Of a DNA stretch of 64,000 nucleotides, positions 13,751-25,929 are shown one piece after another. The stretch is from Escherichia coli (GTDB taxonomy: Bacteria > Pseudomonadota > Gammaproteobacteria > Enterobacterales > Enterobacteriaceae): the NCBI RefSeq assembly GCF_003334335.1, contig NZ_QOWQ01000018.1. One strand, given 5' to 3'. Below the pieces are notes generated by a model. That model saw only the letters and a program-made list of their open reading frames with translations, was not told the DNA's origin and did no database searches. Each line of letters begins with the position of its first letter. Position 1 is the first letter of the stretch. A program made the translations under genes and the position numbers.

Positions 13751-14111
13751 GTTTCCGTGTCCATCCTTGTTAAAACAAGAAATTTTACGGAATAACCCAT
13801 TTTGCCCGACCGATCATCCACGCAGCAATGGCGTAAGACGTATTGATCTTTCAGGCAGTTAGCGGGCTGCGGGTTGCAGTCCTTACCGGTAGATGGAAAT
13901 ATTTCTGGAGAGTAATACCCAGTCTGTTTCTTTGATAATTGCGCTGTTTTTCCGCATGAAAAACGGGCAACCGACACTCTGCGCCTCTTTGAGCTGACGA
14001 TAACCGTGAGGTTGGCGACGCGACTAGACACGAGGCCATCGGTTCACACCCGGAAAGGCGTTACTTTGCCCGCAGCTTAGTCGTCAATGTAAGAATAATG
14101 AGTAAGTTACG
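13751..14111 (+). promoter_or_regulatory. rne 5' leader (autoregulatory UTR, ~361 nt in K-12); start approximate
   Basis: Long non-coding interval between rluC and rne; K-12 rne is known to carry a long structured leader through which RNase E autoregulates. Boundary not determined from sequence. Confidence 0.5.
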
Positions 14112-17100
14112 ATGAAAAGAATGTTAATCAACGCAACTCAGCAGGAAGAGTTGCGCGTTGCCCTTGTAGATGGGCAGCGTCTGTATGACCTGGATATCGA
14201 AAGTCCAGGGCACGAGCAGAAAAAGGCAAACATCTACAAAGGTAAAATCACCCGCATTGAACCGAGTCTGGAAGCTGCTTTTGTTGATTACGGCGCTGAA
14301 CGTCACGGTTTCCTCCCACTAAAAGAAATTGCCCGCGAATATTTCCCTGCTAACTACAGTGCTCATGGTCGTCCCAACATTAAAGATGTGTTGCGTGAAG
14401 GTCAGGAAGTCATTGTTCAGATCGATAAAGAAGAGCGCGGCAACAAAGGCGCGGCATTAACCACCTTTATCAGTCTGGCGGGTAGCTATCTGGTTCTGAT
14501 GCCGAACAACCCGCGCGCGGGTGGCATTTCTCGCCGTATCGAAGGCGACGACCGTACCGAATTAAAAGAAGCACTGGCAAGCCTTGAACTGCCGGAAGGC
14601 ATGGGGCTTATCGTGCGCACCGCTGGCGTCGGCAAATCTGCTGAGGCGCTGCAATGGGATTTAAGCTTCCGTCTGAAACACTGGGAAGCCATCAAAAAAG
14701 CCGCTGAAAGCCGCCCGGCCCCGTTCCTGATTCATCAGGAGAGCAACGTAATCGTTCGCGCATTCCGCGATTACTTACGTCAGGACATCGGCGAAATCCT
14801 TATCGATAACCCGAAAGTGCTCGAACTGGCACGTCAGCATATCGCTGCATTAGGTCGCCCGGATTTCAGCAGCAAAATCAAACTGTACACCGGCGAGATC
14901 CCGCTGTTCAGCCACTACCAGATCGAGTCACAGATCGAGTCCGCCTTCCAGCGTGAAGTTCGTCTGCCGTCTGGTGGTTCCATTGTTATCGACAGCACCG
15001 AAGCGTTAACGGCCATCGACATCAACTCCGCACGCGCGACCCGCGGCGGCGATATCGAAGAAACCGCGTTTAACACTAACCTCGAAGCTGCCGATGAGAT
15101 TGCTCGTCAGCTGCGCCTGCGTGACCTCGGCGGCCTGATTGTTATCGACTTCATCGACATGACGCCAGTACGCCACCAGCGTGCGGTAGAAAACCGTCTG
15201 CGTGAAGCGGTGCGTCAGGACCGTGCGCGTATTCAAATCAGCCATATTTCTCGCTTTGGCCTGCTGGAAATGTCCCGTCAGCGCCTGAGCCCATCACTGG
15301 GTGAATCCAGTCATCACGTTTGTCCGCGTTGTTCTGGTACTGGCACCGTGCGTGACAACGAATCGCTGTCGCTCTCTATTCTGCGTCTGATCGAAGAAGA
15401 AGCGCTGAAAGAGAACACCCAGGAAGTTCACGCCATTGTTCCTGTGCCAATCGCTTCTTACCTGCTGAATGAAAAACGTTCTGCGGTAAATGCCATTGAA
15501 ACTCGTCAGGACGGTGTGCGCTGTGTAATTGTGCCAAACGATCAGATGGAAACCCCGCACTACCACGTGCTGCGCGTGCGTAAAGGGGAAGAAACCCCAA
15601 CCTTAAGCTACATGCTGCCGAAGCTGCATGAAGAAGCGATGGCGCTGCCGTCTGAAGAAGAGTTCGCTGAACGTAAGCGTCCGGAACAACCTGCGCTGGC
15701 AACCTTTGCCATGCCGGATGTGCCGCCTGCGCCAACGCCAGCTGAACCTGCCGCGCCTGTTGTAGCTCCAGCACCGAAAGCTGCACCGGCAACACCAGCA
15801 GCTCCTGCACAACCTGGGCTGTTGAGCCGCTTCTTCGGCGCACTGAAAGCGCTGTTCAGCGGTGGTGAAGAAACCAAACCGACCGAGCAACCAGCACCGA
15901 AAGCAGAAGCGAAACCGGAACGTCAACAGGATCGTCGCAAGCCTCGTCAGAACAACCGCCGTGACCGTAATGAGCGCCGCGACACCCGTAGTGAACGTAC
16001 TGAAGGCAGCGATAATCGCGAAGAAAACCGTCGTAATCGTCGCCAGGCACAGCAGCAGACTGCCGAGACGCGTGAGAGCCGTCAGCAGGCTGAGGTAACG
16101 GAAAAAGCGCGTACCGCCGACGAGCAGCAAGCGCCGCGTCGTGAACGTAGCCGCCGCCGTAATGATGATAAACGTCAGGCGCAACAAGAAGCGAAGGCGC
16201 TGAATGTTGAAGAGCAATCTGTTCAGGAAACCGAACAGGAAGAACGTGTACGTCCGGTTCAGCCGCGTCGTAAACAGCGTCAGCTCAATCAGAAAGTGCG
16301 TTACGAGCAAAGCGTAGCCGAAGAAGCGGTAGTCGCACCGGTGGTTGAAGAAACTGTCGCTGCCGAACCAATTGTTCAGGAAGCGCCAGCTCCACGCACA
16401 GAACTGGTGAAAGTCCCGCTGCCAGTCGTAGCGCAAACTGCACCAGAACAGCAAGAAGAGAACAATGCTGATAACCGTGACAACGGTGGCATGCCGCGTC
16501 GTTCTCGCCGCTCGCCTCGTCACCTGCGCGTAAGTGGTCAGCGTCGTCGTCGCTATCGTGACGAGCGTTATCCAACCCAGTCGCCAATGCCGTTGACCGT
16601 AGCGTGCGCGTCTCCGGAACTGGCCTCTGGCAAAGTCTGGATCCGCTATCCAATTGTACGTCCGCAAGATGTACAGGTTGAAGAGCAGCGCGAACAGGAA
16701 GAAGTACATGTGCAGCCGATGGTGACTGAGGTCCCTGTCGCCGCCGCTATCGAACCGGTTGTTAGCGCGCCAGTTGTTGAAGAAGTGGCCGGTGTCGTAG
16801 AAGCCCCCGTTCAGGTTGCCGAACCGCAACCGGAAGTGGTTGAAACGACGCATCCTGAAGTGATCGCTGCCGCGGTAACTGAACAGCCGCAGGTGATTAC
16901 CGAGTCTGATGTTGCCGTAGCCCAGGAAGTTGCAGAACAAGCAGAACCGGTGGTTGAACCGCAGGAAGAGACGGCAGATATTGAAGAAGTTGTCGAAACT
17001 GCTGAGGTTGTAGTTGCTGAACCTGAAGTTGTTGCTCAACCTGCCGCGCCAGTAGTCGCTGAAGTCGCAGCAGAAGTTGAAACGGTAGCTGCGGTCGAAC

Positions 17101-17297
17101 CTGAGGTCACCGTTGAGCATAACCACGCTACCGCGCCAATGACGCGCGCTCCAGCACCGGAATATGTTCCGGAGGCACCGCGTCACAGTGACTGGCAGCG
17201 CCCTACTTTTGCCTTCGAAGGTAAAGGTGCCGCAGGTGGTCATACGGCAACACATCATGCCTCTGCCGCTCCTGCGCGTCCGCAACCTGTTGAGTAA
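14112..17297 (+). CDS. rne: Ribonuclease E
   Basis: 1061 aa [30 protein letters not shown]...; catalytic N-terminal half plus Arg/Pro/Glu-rich low-complexity C-terminal scaffold. Confidence 0.97.
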   Translation: MKRMLINATQQEELRVALVDGQRLYDLDIESPGHEQKKANIYKGKITRIEPSLEAAFVDYGAERHGFLPLKEIAREYFPANYSAHGRPNIKDVLREGQEVIVQIDKEERGNKGAALTTFISLAGSYLVLMPNNPRAGGISRRIEGDDRTELKEALASLELPEGMGLIVRTAGVGKSAEALQWDLSFRLKHWEAIKKAAESRPAPFLIHQESNVIVRAFRDYLRQDIGEILIDNPKVLELARQHIAALGRPDFSSKIKLYTGEIPLFSHYQIESQIESAFQREVRLPSGGSIVIDSTEALTAIDINSARATRGGDIEETAFNTNLEAADEIARQLRLRDLGGLIVIDFIDMTPVRHQRAVENRLREAVRQDRARIQISHISRFGLLEMSRQRLSPSLGESSHHVCPRCSGTGTVRDNESLSLSILRLIEEEALKENTQEVHAIVPVPIASYLLNEKRSAVNAIETRQDGVRCVIVPNDQMETPHYHVLRVRKGEETPTLSYMLPKLHEEAMALPSEEEFAERKRPEQPALATFAMPDVPPAPTPAEPAAPVVAPAPKAAPATPAAPAQPGLLSRFFGALKALFSGGEETKPTEQPAPKAEAKPERQQDRRKPRQNNRRDRNERRDTRSERTEGSDNREENRRNRRQAQQQTAETRESRQQAEVTEKARTADEQQAPRRERSRRRNDDKRQAQQEAKALNVEEQSVQETEQEERVRPVQPRRKQRQLNQKVRYEQSVAEEAVVAPVVEETVAAEPIVQEAPAPRTELVKVPLPVVAQTAPEQQEENNADNRDNGGMPRRSRRSPRHLRVSGQRRRRYRDERYPTQSPMPLTVACASPELASGKVWIRYPIVRPQDVQVEEQREQEEVHVQPMVTEVPVAAAIEPVVSAPVVEEVAGVVEAPVQVAEPQPEVVETTHPEVIAAAVTEQPQVITESDVAVAQEVAEQAEPVVEPQEETADIEEVVETAEVVVAEPEVVAQPAAPVVAEVAAEVETVAAVEPEVTVEHNHATAPMTRAPAPEYVPEAPRHSDWQRPTFAFEGKGAAGGHTATHHASAAPARPQPVE

Positions 17298-17317
17298 TAA
17301 TTAGCTCAAAGTAATCA

Positions 17318-17346
17318 AGCCCTGGTAACTGCCAGGGCTTTTTTAT
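17318..17346 (+). terminator. Rho-independent terminator downstream of rne
   Basis: Hairpin agccctgg-taact-gccagggct followed by a T-run. Confidence 0.8.
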
Positions 17347-17492
17347 TTCATCTTTGAATCAACATATTAAAATTCATCGAATGGCATCCTTGCTAACCAA
17401 CAATGCAAAATAGGCAAAAAAATGCCCGCCCCAGCGATCCCAGAGCAGGCAGACAAAACATACCCAGTTTCATGATATGTTTTAAAGCGAAA

Positions 17493-18446
17493 TTATTTGC
17501 TGAGCTGGAAGAGCGACAATCCCTGCATATCGGTAAATGCTTTATACGATGCCTGCAATGCCGTTTGCTGCATGATGTAAGATGAAATAGTTGCATTCCA
17601 GTCCACATCAACCAGATCGCTCATCTGCTGCGTTTGCCCTAAAGCGCGATCGCTACCTAATGAATCCAGCGACTCCAGTTCGTTCAGCTGCGTGCCTAAT
17701 TCCGCGCGAACAGTCAGCACATTGTTCAGCGAGTTTTTCAGTCCGCGGTTGGTTTTATCTAACGCCGCAGCGGCGGTTTCTTTATCCGCTTCGCTATCCG
17801 CGACCGGCGTTTTCAGGGCTGCGATGGCACTATCCAGCATGGCAAAAAGATTGGTTTCAGAAGCGCTACCGTCTGGTTCCGCTACCGCGTTGCTGGTAAT
17901 ACTGTCGAAAATTTTGTCACCCGTGTGCCCTATCACCATCGAACGCGAAGCATCGACCTGTTGTTTAATACTTTCTGCTCCACCGACGTATTTCCCTTTC
18001 TCTTCGCTAAACGGCGCAGTCTCTGTTTTATAACCGGCAAAAATGTAGCGCCCGTTACCGTCAGTGGTGTTTGCCAGATTCAGCAACTGGTCACGAAGCC
18101 CCTGAATATCCGTAGCCAGCGAGGCCCGGTCATCGTCACTCAAGGTGCCATTGCTGGCGTAGACAATTTTTTCCTGAGCATTCTGGATAGCAGTGGTGAC
18201 CTGGCTAAGTACACTCTCTTCCAGTGACACTTTTTGAGTGGCGAAAGTACGCGCCAGCGTGTACTGGCTGTTTTGCGCCTGTGCCTGGGAGAGAACTACG
18301 GCTTGTGATGCAGCAATGGGATCGTCAGAAGGGTTAACGACTCGCTTACCCGTCGACATCTGTTCGCCGTACTTCATCCATTCTGCCTGAGAATTGGTGA
18401 TACCACGTATGTTTTGCTGGTACATCATCTGTGTACTGAAACGCAT
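17493..18446 (-). CDS. flgL: Flagellar hook-associated protein 3
   Basis: 317 aa, flagellin-like N/C termini; position after flgK. Confidence 0.94.
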   Translation of the reverse strand: MRFSTQMMYQQNIRGITNSQAEWMKYGEQMSTGKRVVNPSDDPIAASQAVVLSQAQAQNSQYTLARTFATQKVSLEESVLSQVTTAIQNAQEKIVYASNGTLSDDDRASLATDIQGLRDQLLNLANTTDGNGRYIFAGYKTETAPFSEEKGKYVGGAESIKQQVDASRSMVIGHTGDKIFDSITSNAVAEPDGSASETNLFAMLDSAIAALKTPVADSEADKETAAAALDKTNRGLKNSLNNVLTVRAELGTQLNELESLDSLGSDRALGQTQQMSDLVDVDWNATISSYIMQQTALQASYKAFTDMQGLSLFQLSK

Positions 18447-18457
18447 CTTATCTCCCC

Positions 18458-20101
18458 TTAGCGAATGTTAATCAGCGCATCAAAAATCGCGTTTGCCGTC
18501 TGCAGAACCTGCGCATTCGCCAGGTAATACTGCTGAAAACGTTGCAGATTTCCGTACTCCTCATCGAGATTGACACCGGAAATCGACTGCTGCTGATTGG
18601 AAAGCTGCGTCACCACATTACCTTGCGTGGCGCTACTGGTTTTCAACGTCGCGGTTTTATTACCGATATCACTCACTAACGAGGCATAAGCGTCGTTAAA
18701 GGATTTCGCACCGCCCACCGTTTTACTGTTGCTTTGCAGATCCAGCAGGGCCTGACCGTTGCGGTTATCGCTATCACCCGCATCTTCTTCGCTCGCCATC
18801 GCTATTTTCGCTTCGTCGGTGATTAATACATCCATGTTGACGATGGCGTCACTTACTGGTTTCAGCGTGAAGCTGTCGTTAACGGCAGGCGTTCCTGTAA
18901 ACGTCAACTCCAGACCATCAAATGCCACTTTACCGTTGGCATCCGGCGTCACCGTAAAAGTGGTATTGCTGGCAAGGCGGGTGACCTGCCACTGATTATT
19001 ATCGAACGAGATTTTGTAATCTGTCGCCAGTACCGCGGAGGCATCAGTTACCGTGGCACCGATCGCAACGTCACCTTTGTTTTTCGTGTTTTGCAGAACC
19101 GCGGGCTTACCGATAGCAAAGAAATCTTCACCGGCATCGCCGTTAGCATCAAATCCGGCTTTGTGTTGGGTGTTGAAAGCCTCGGCAAATGCCAGCGCCA
19201 GTTGTCCAAGCGTATTACGCGTCTGGTCCAGATCCTGAGAACGGAATGTCAGAATGCCGCCCAGCGACCCGGTATTCAGTAATTTCTCCGGGATCTCAAT
19301 ATTGCCTGCCGTCCCATCAACATAAGCGACAGTCGTACGAGAAGGGTCAGCGCTGGAAGGAACTGCCGCCAGTTGCCGCGCCGTACTTCCCTGAACCAGT
19401 GAGTAACCATTGGCCATCGTGATGTTATAAGTGCCGCCATCCTGAACGCTGACTTCTACACCAACAATCTGGTTTAATTCGCTCACCAGTTGATCGCGTT
19501 GATCCAGCAGATTGTTAGGTGACGCCCCTGCCCCCACGCCTGTCAGGCGCGAGATTTGATCGTTCAGGCTGGCAATTTGTTTAGCGTAGTTGTTGATCTG
19601 ATCAACGCTGGCACCTATCGCGATATTGACCTGTTTGTCCTGGTCGCGCAGATATTGATCGGTGGTTTTAAACTGATTCACCAATCCTTCTGATTTCCCA
19701 ATCAGCGCCTGGCGCGCTGCCGGGTCTTCCGCGTTACTCACCAGCGTTTGCAGGCTGGTGAAGAAATCCTGCATCTGTGTTGCCAGCGAAGAGGTACTGG
19801 TGGAGAGCATATTGTCGATTTTCGACATCTGCTCATAGCGGGCAGTCAGACCGCTACTTTGCGTCTGCGCCGCACGTAACTGGTTGGTAATAAACGCATC
19901 ATACTCACGCTGCACACCAGAAACGTAGACACCATTGCCAACCCAGCCGCCAGCGCCCAACGTGCTATTGGCCTGCGCCATAATAGTGGTTTGGCGGGTA
20001 TATCCGGCAACGTTATAGCTGGAGATATTATTACTTGCCGTATTTAACGCCGCCTGGGCCGCGTTCAGTCCGCTCATGGCGTTATTAATCAAGCTGGACA
20101 T
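18458..20101 (-). CDS. flgK: Flagellar hook-associated protein 1
   Basis: 547 aa MSSLINNAMSGLNAAQAALNTASNNISSYNVAGYTRQ...; matches FlgK. Confidence 0.95.
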   Translation of the reverse strand: MSSLINNAMSGLNAAQAALNTASNNISSYNVAGYTRQTTIMAQANSTLGAGGWVGNGVYVSGVQREYDAFITNQLRAAQTQSSGLTARYEQMSKIDNMLSTSTSSLATQMQDFFTSLQTLVSNAEDPAARQALIGKSEGLVNQFKTTDQYLRDQDKQVNIAIGASVDQINNYAKQIASLNDQISRLTGVGAGASPNNLLDQRDQLVSELNQIVGVEVSVQDGGTYNITMANGYSLVQGSTARQLAAVPSSADPSRTTVAYVDGTAGNIEIPEKLLNTGSLGGILTFRSQDLDQTRNTLGQLALAFAEAFNTQHKAGFDANGDAGEDFFAIGKPAVLQNTKNKGDVAIGATVTDASAVLATDYKISFDNNQWQVTRLASNTTFTVTPDANGKVAFDGLELTFTGTPAVNDSFTLKPVSDAIVNMDVLITDEAKIAMASEEDAGDSDNRNGQALLDLQSNSKTVGGAKSFNDAYASLVSDIGNKTATLKTSSATQGNVVTQLSNQQQSISGVNLDEEYGNLQRFQQYYLANAQVLQTANAIFDALINIR

Positions 20102-20134
20102 GGAGGTTCCTTATAAGCCTTCAATTACAGAGTA

Positions 20135-20161
20135 TTATCGGCAGCGACCCGCCGGACTTGA
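20135..20161 (-). promoter_or_regulatory. Putative sigma-28 (FliA) class 3 promoter for flgKL
   Basis: Minus strand reads tcaagtcc-N11-gccgataa against consensus TAAAGTTT-N11-GCCGATAA, in the flgJ-flgK gap; -35 match is weak. Confidence 0.35.
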
Positions 20162-20166
20162 GTTAT

Positions 20167-21108
20167 TCAGAACAGATTATCAATGTTCATACTGTAGGTT
20201 TTGCTCACCTTGTCGCTTATCGATTTCATCTGCTGAATCATGTTGGTGAGTTTGCGGGCATAGTGAGGATCGGTGGCATAGCCCGCGTCCTGTAGGGCCT
20301 GCGCCCCCTGTTCCGCACTCGCGGCGGTCGTCACGGCGGCGTAGCGCGGGTTACGCGTTAACAGCCCAACGTAATCCGACAAGGCTTCCAGATACGAGCT
20401 GTAGACGCGAAACTTCGCTTTTACTTTCTTCGCTTCGCCGTTTTCATATTCAGTCGTGGTGATTTCAGTAACTGGCCCTTTCCAGTTGCCAGAGGCTTTG
20501 ACACCAAACAGGTTATAGCTCGGCTCGCCGTTTTCGCGGCGGATTTGCCGTTGCCCCCAACCAGATTCCAGTGCCGCCTGAGCGAGGATCAAATGATGTG
20601 GCACACCGCTTTGCTGGCTTGCCAGTTGGGCGGGCAGCGAGAGTTGCGCGAGGAATGCTTTACTGTCACCCGGCAGCGAATCATCGTAGTTACGTGGCAC
20701 GGCCTTTTGCACCAGCTGCGAAAGCGCCTGATTTTGATAACGCACCACAGTTTCGAGCGGGAATTTCATCGGTGCTGCTGGCGTGGACTCCTCTGGCAAT
20801 GGTTGTTCTGGCGTCATCTGTTTAACCATCATCTCTGCAAGCCCCAGACCTTTGCCCGCCGTCATCTGTTGGGCAATCTGCTGGTCATACATACTGGTAT
20901 ACAGGCGAGTGTGCTCGCTGCTGAACAGGCCATCTTTTGGTAAAGCGTCGCGCATGCTTTTCAACATCATCTGCACGAACATCCCTTCCACCTGACGGGC
21001 CACCGGACGGATATTTGCCGCCGGATCTTCGCCCGCTTTCGCCTTTAGTTCGTTGAGTGATTGCGCATCCCAGGCCGCACTTGCCAGTAGTTTGCTGTCG
21101 CTGATCAT
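20167..21108 (-). CDS. flgJ: Flagellar rod assembly protein / peptidoglycan hydrolase
   Basis: ORF 20167..21138; start placed at ATG 21108 ([16 protein letters not shown]..., 313 aa), overlapping the flgI stop as ATGA. Confidence 0.93.
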   Translation of the reverse strand: MISDSKLLASAAWDAQSLNELKAKAGEDPAANIRPVARQVEGMFVQMMLKSMRDALPKDGLFSSEHTRLYTSMYDQQIAQQMTAGKGLGLAEMMVKQMTPEQPLPEESTPAAPMKFPLETVVRYQNQALSQLVQKAVPRNYDDSLPGDSKAFLAQLSLPAQLASQQSGVPHHLILAQAALESGWGQRQIRRENGEPSYNLFGVKASGNWKGPVTEITTTEYENGEAKKVKAKFRVYSSYLEALSDYVGLLTRNPRYAAVTTAASAEQGAQALQDAGYATDPHYARKLTNMIQQMKSISDKVSKTYSMNIDNLF

Positions 21109-22205
21109 CAGATGATTTCCAGTTTTGCCCGCAGACATCCCGCACTTTGCATTGATTGCAGTATGGACATCAGATCCATCGGCGTAGCGCCCAGCGCATT
21201 GAGCGCGCGCACCACGTTATTGAGGCTGGCGCTGGAACGTACGCTTTGCAGCGAACCGCCGCTCTGGCGTAAATCGATCTGCGTTTGTGGAGTAACCACA
21301 GTCTGTCCACCACCAAACGGTGTATCTGGCTGGCTGACATTGGCCTGACGATTAACTGTTACTGAGAGATTCCCCTGCGCTACCGCGCAGCTGTCGAGGG
21401 TCACTTCGCGATTCATCACCACCGAACCGGTGCGCGAGTTAATCACTACTTTAGCGTCCTGCGGGGTGACATTAACCTGCATATTCTGAATATCGGCAAG
21501 GAAGCGGACCTGGGAACTGTTGCCACTCGGTACGCGCACCTGAATAGTCCGCGCATCTAACGCGGTGGCGCTGCCATATCCACGCACGCGGTTGATGGTG
21601 TCAGCGATTTGCTGCGCCATGCTGAAATCTTCGTCGTTAAGTTGCAAATTAAGGGTATTCCCGACGCCAAACTGGCTGGGCAATTCACGTTCAATAACCG
21701 CACCATTGGTGATCCGTCCACCGTTCAGTTGGTTAACCTGAACACTGCTACCGCCAGCGGAGGCTCCTGCGCCGCCAACCAGAATATTGCCCTGCGCCAG
21801 CGCATACACCTGACTGTCAACGCCCTTAAGCGGTGTCATCAACAACGTACCTCCACGCAAGCTTTTGGCATTTCCCATGGAAGAAACCACCACATCGATG
21901 GTTTGCCCCTGACGTCCAAACGGAGGAAGTGACGCTGTCACCATTACCGCAGCGACGTTTTTTAGCTGCATATTGGTGCCCGTCGGAACGGTAATTCCCA
22001 GCTGTGAGAGCATGTTATTAAGCGTTTGTGTGGTAAACGGCGTCTGGGTTGTCTGGTCACCGGTGCCATCCAGCCCCACCACCAGACCATAGCCAATCAG
22101 TGAGTTTTGCCTTACCCCCTGAACACTGGTGAGATCGCGAATACGCTCAGCCTGAGCCGCCGTCGTGACCAGTAGAAGAATTAATGCAGAGAGAAATTTA
22201 ATCAC
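21108..22205 (-). CDS. flgI: Flagellar P-ring protein
   Basis: ORF 21108..22208 opens with tandem GTG-GTG; the second gives [19 protein letters not shown] (365 aa) with a signal peptide. Confidence 0.93.
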
Positions 22206-22216
22206 CACAGCCTCAC

Positions 22217-22915
22217 TTACATTGGCGACAGGTTAAGGAAGAAACGCTGCAACCAGCCCATATTTTGCGCTTCGTTAATGTAGCCATTGCCTACGTATTC
22301 AATGCGCGCATCCGCCACCTGAGTAGACGGTACGGTATTGCTGCCGCTGATAGTGCGTGGATTAACCACGCCAGAGAAGCGAATAAATTCGGTACCCTGA
22401 TTAATGGCAATCTGTTTTTCACCCACCACATGCAGGTTGCCGTTGACCAGTACCTGGTCAACCGTCACCGTCAACGTGCCGCTAAAGGTATTGCTGGCAT
22501 TGGCCCCGCCCTTTCCGTTGAACGTGTTACCACCGGAGGCTTCGACATCGGCACGAGCGTTACCAAACAGCCCCTGCAAATAGCGCGGCACAGTATCAAA
22601 GCCAAAATTAGTTTTACCGTCACGGCTGGCATTCGCAGAGGAGCTTTTGCTGGCGCTGACGTTCTCCTGCAACACGATGGTCAGCGTATCGCCAATATTG
22701 CGTGGTCGACGATCTTCAAACAGCGGTTGATAGCCATAGTTAATCGGCTGAGCAGACTGGAAAATAGAACCGTTGGCGACGGGCGTCGGACCGGGAACCG
22801 GTTGTGCACTGGTCGCCCCCTGCACCAGCGGCGTGGAGGGTATCCAGGCGCAGCCGGTTAGTGAAAGCACCAACAAGCTGGAAATGGCATAAGTATGCGC
22901 AGCGTTTTTTTGCAT
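22217..22915 (-). CDS. flgH: Flagellar L-ring lipoprotein
   Basis: ORF 22217..22930; start at ATG 22915 ([22 protein letters not shown], lipobox), 232 aa. Confidence 0.93.
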
Positions 22916-22967
22916 GGCTATCATCTTCAAAAATCAGTAAACCGGTGAACCTGCCACCGGTTAAGCC

Positions 22968-23768
<801 letters not shown>

Positions 23769-23795
23769 TTAGTGACAAAGTGCATATGTCTTCTT

Positions 23796-23830
<35 letters not shown>

Positions 23831-23921
23831 AGTGCTCGCAAAATCGATAAATTGCGATTGCCCCCATAGACCCGATAAACTTGCGCATCGGGCAACTTAT
23901 ACTTGTCATGTATCCTTTCAA

Positions 23922-24677
23922 TTAACTCATCGACAGCAGTTGGTTGGCACGGCCTGCGTTATCATCGACGCTGCTGATCACCTTCATCTGCATTTCAAAA
24001 CGCCGCGCGCTGGCAATCATGTCGCTCATTGCCGCAACGGCATTGACGTTACTGCCTTCCAGAACCCCCGACATCACACGCAAGGTTGGATCTGCCTGCA
24101 GTACCGGCCCACGCGTGGCCTGGGTTTCTGCGCTTAAACGAAAAATGCCGTCGTCACCGCGCTGCACTTCGCTGCCCGTGGCTTTCACCAGTTTAAGACG
24201 CCCTACTGGCGCAACCGTATTTGCCGGATCGCCCGGATTGAGCGCCGAGATTGTGCCATCGGCAGCAATAGTGATTTCCGCCCCTTCCGGCACAGCAATT
24301 GGCCCAGCCTCGCCTATCACCGGATGCCCCTGAATTGTCAGTTGCCCGGTGGGATCAACCTGAATGCTGCCATTACGCGTATACCCTTCGCTGCCGTCAG
24401 CGGTCTGCACGGCCAGCCAGCCATCCTGCTGCAACGCGACGTCCAGCGGGCGCGAGGTGTAATCCATTTTGCCGGGCGTCATATCTGCGCCCGGCGTTGA
24501 CGCCGTGACCAACGTGCGCGTGGGCAGAGAAAGCCCTTCCACTGGCACCGCGCGTAAAGCATTCAACTGCGCGCGAAAACCGGGCGTTGAGGCATTGGCC
24601 AGATTACTGGCGGTTACCGCCTGTTGATTCAGTGTCTGGCTGGCTGCTCCCATCGCGGTATAAATTGCGTGATCCAT
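23922..24677 (-). CDS. flgF: Flagellar proximal rod protein
   Basis: 251 aa; rod-protein N-terminal motif; gene order. Confidence 0.94.
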   Translation of the reverse strand: MDHAIYTAMGAASQTLNQQAVTASNLANASTPGFRAQLNALRAVPVEGLSLPTRTLVTASTPGADMTPGKMDYTSRPLDVALQQDGWLAVQTADGSEGYTRNGSIQVDPTGQLTIQGHPVIGEAGPIAVPEGAEITIAADGTISALNPGDPANTVAPVGRLKLVKATGSEVQRGDDGIFRLSAETQATRGPVLQADPTLRVMSGVLEGSNVNAVAAMSDMIASARRFEMQMKVISSVDDNAGRANQLLSMS

Positions 24678-24696
24678 TGAGCTATCCCGTCAGCGA

Positions 24697-25905
24697 TTAG
24701 CGTAAGTTAACCAGCGTGTTGAGGATCTGGTCCTGGGTTTTGATGGTCTGGGCGTTAGACTGATAGTTACGCTGGGCAACGATCATATTGACCAGTTCTT
24801 TACTGAGATCGACGTTGGACGCTTCCAGCGCACCGTTGGTCAGGGTGCCAAAGTTTCCCGTCCCGGCTGTCCCCAACAGCGCCACGCCAGAAGATTGCGT
24901 CGCAGACCAGACGTTGTCGCCTTCGGATGCCAGACCTTCGTTGTTGGCAAAGTTCGCCAGTACAATCTGCCCCAGCAGTTGGGTTTGTTCGTTGGAATAG
25001 TTGCCGACAACCGTACCGTCATCATTGATTTGATAACTCACCAGATCGCCCGGTTTGTAGCCGTTCTGGGTGGTTGCCACAATATTGTTAGCGCCGGTAT
25101 TTTGCTGCATGGAGTTGAGGAAGCTCAGACTAAACGTGGCGGGTTCTGCACCGTTAATTGCGCCGGTTGCGATATTATTCGCCATCGCACCATCCACTAA
25201 TGTGCCATTAGCATTAAATTCCAGTGTTGTCGCTGTCTTCGCAATGCTGTTTGGATCACTGCTATCCTGGGTGTAGACCTGCCAGTTATTATCCCCGGTC
25301 TTCACAAAGTAGACGCTCATGTCATGAGCATTACCCTGACTGTCGAAAACAGTCACCGAACCTTTTTTGTTATAGCTATCCGCATTGCTGGCGCTGAATG
25401 GCGTAACAGTAGGAAGCGGATCACTGGAATTCAGGTTGATCTGCATCGATGCCGTGGTGGTAGTTTTCGCTGCCATCAGGGTATTCGGGATCGAAATATT
25501 GGTCGGATTCGCCCCTTGCTGAATAGTCGGCGGCGTACCGGTTGCCGGGTAACCCGTCAGCTGTAAACCTTGCATATTCACCAGGTTACGGTTTTCATCC
25601 AGCTTAAATTGTCCGTTACGGCTGTAGAACACCGAACCGTTGCTGTCTACCAGACGGAAAAAACCGTTCTGGCTGATAGCAACGTCCAGACCTCGCCCGG
25701 TGTTGGTGGTCGTGCCATCGGTAAAGTCCTGAGTGATACCGGCAACTTTTACCCCCAGTCCCACTTTCGAACCGGCAAACATATCGGCAAAAGAGGCCGT
25801 GCCTGATTTAAAGCCGTAGGTGGCGGAGTTGGCGATATTGTTGCCAATAACATCGAGGTTGGTGGCGGCAGCGTTTAATCCGCTAACCGCTTGAGAAAAG
25901 GCCAT
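24697..25905 (-). CDS. flgE: Flagellar hook protein
   Basis: 402 aa MAFSQAVSGLNAAATNLDVIGNNIANSATYGFK...; matches FlgE. Confidence 0.95.
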   Translation of the reverse strand: MAFSQAVSGLNAAATNLDVIGNNIANSATYGFKSGTASFADMFAGSKVGLGVKVAGITQDFTDGTTTNTGRGLDVAISQNGFFRLVDSNGSVFYSRNGQFKLDENRNLVNMQGLQLTGYPATGTPPTIQQGANPTNISIPNTLMAAKTTTTASMQINLNSSDPLPTVTPFSASNADSYNKKGSVTVFDSQGNAHDMSVYFVKTGDNNWQVYTQDSSDPNSIAKTATTLEFNANGTLVDGAMANNIATGAINGAEPATFSLSFLNSMQQNTGANNIVATTQNGYKPGDLVSYQINDDGTVVGNYSNEQTQLLGQIVLANFANNEGLASEGDNVWSATQSSGVALLGTAGTGNFGTLTNGALEASNVDLSKELVNMIVAQRNYQSNAQTIKTQDQILNTLVNLR

Positions 25906-25929
25906 GACTGACTCCTGAAATGTGAAGGC

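Noticed and set aside
13657-14031. 124-aa minus-strand ORF in the rne leader as a real gene (yceQ)
   Set aside because: It sits within the structured rne 5' leader on the opposite strand, has no convincing start context, and the K-12 counterpart is regarded as doubtful; kept only as a low-interest finding.
15603-17285. 560-aa minus-strand ORF
   Set aside because: It lies entirely antisense to the rne C-terminal half; the long open frame is a by-product of the GC- and Arg/Pro/Glu-rich low-complexity coding sequence of RNase E, and there is no start context.
22265-22861. 198-aa plus-strand ORF
   Set aside because: Antisense inside flgH; no independent support.
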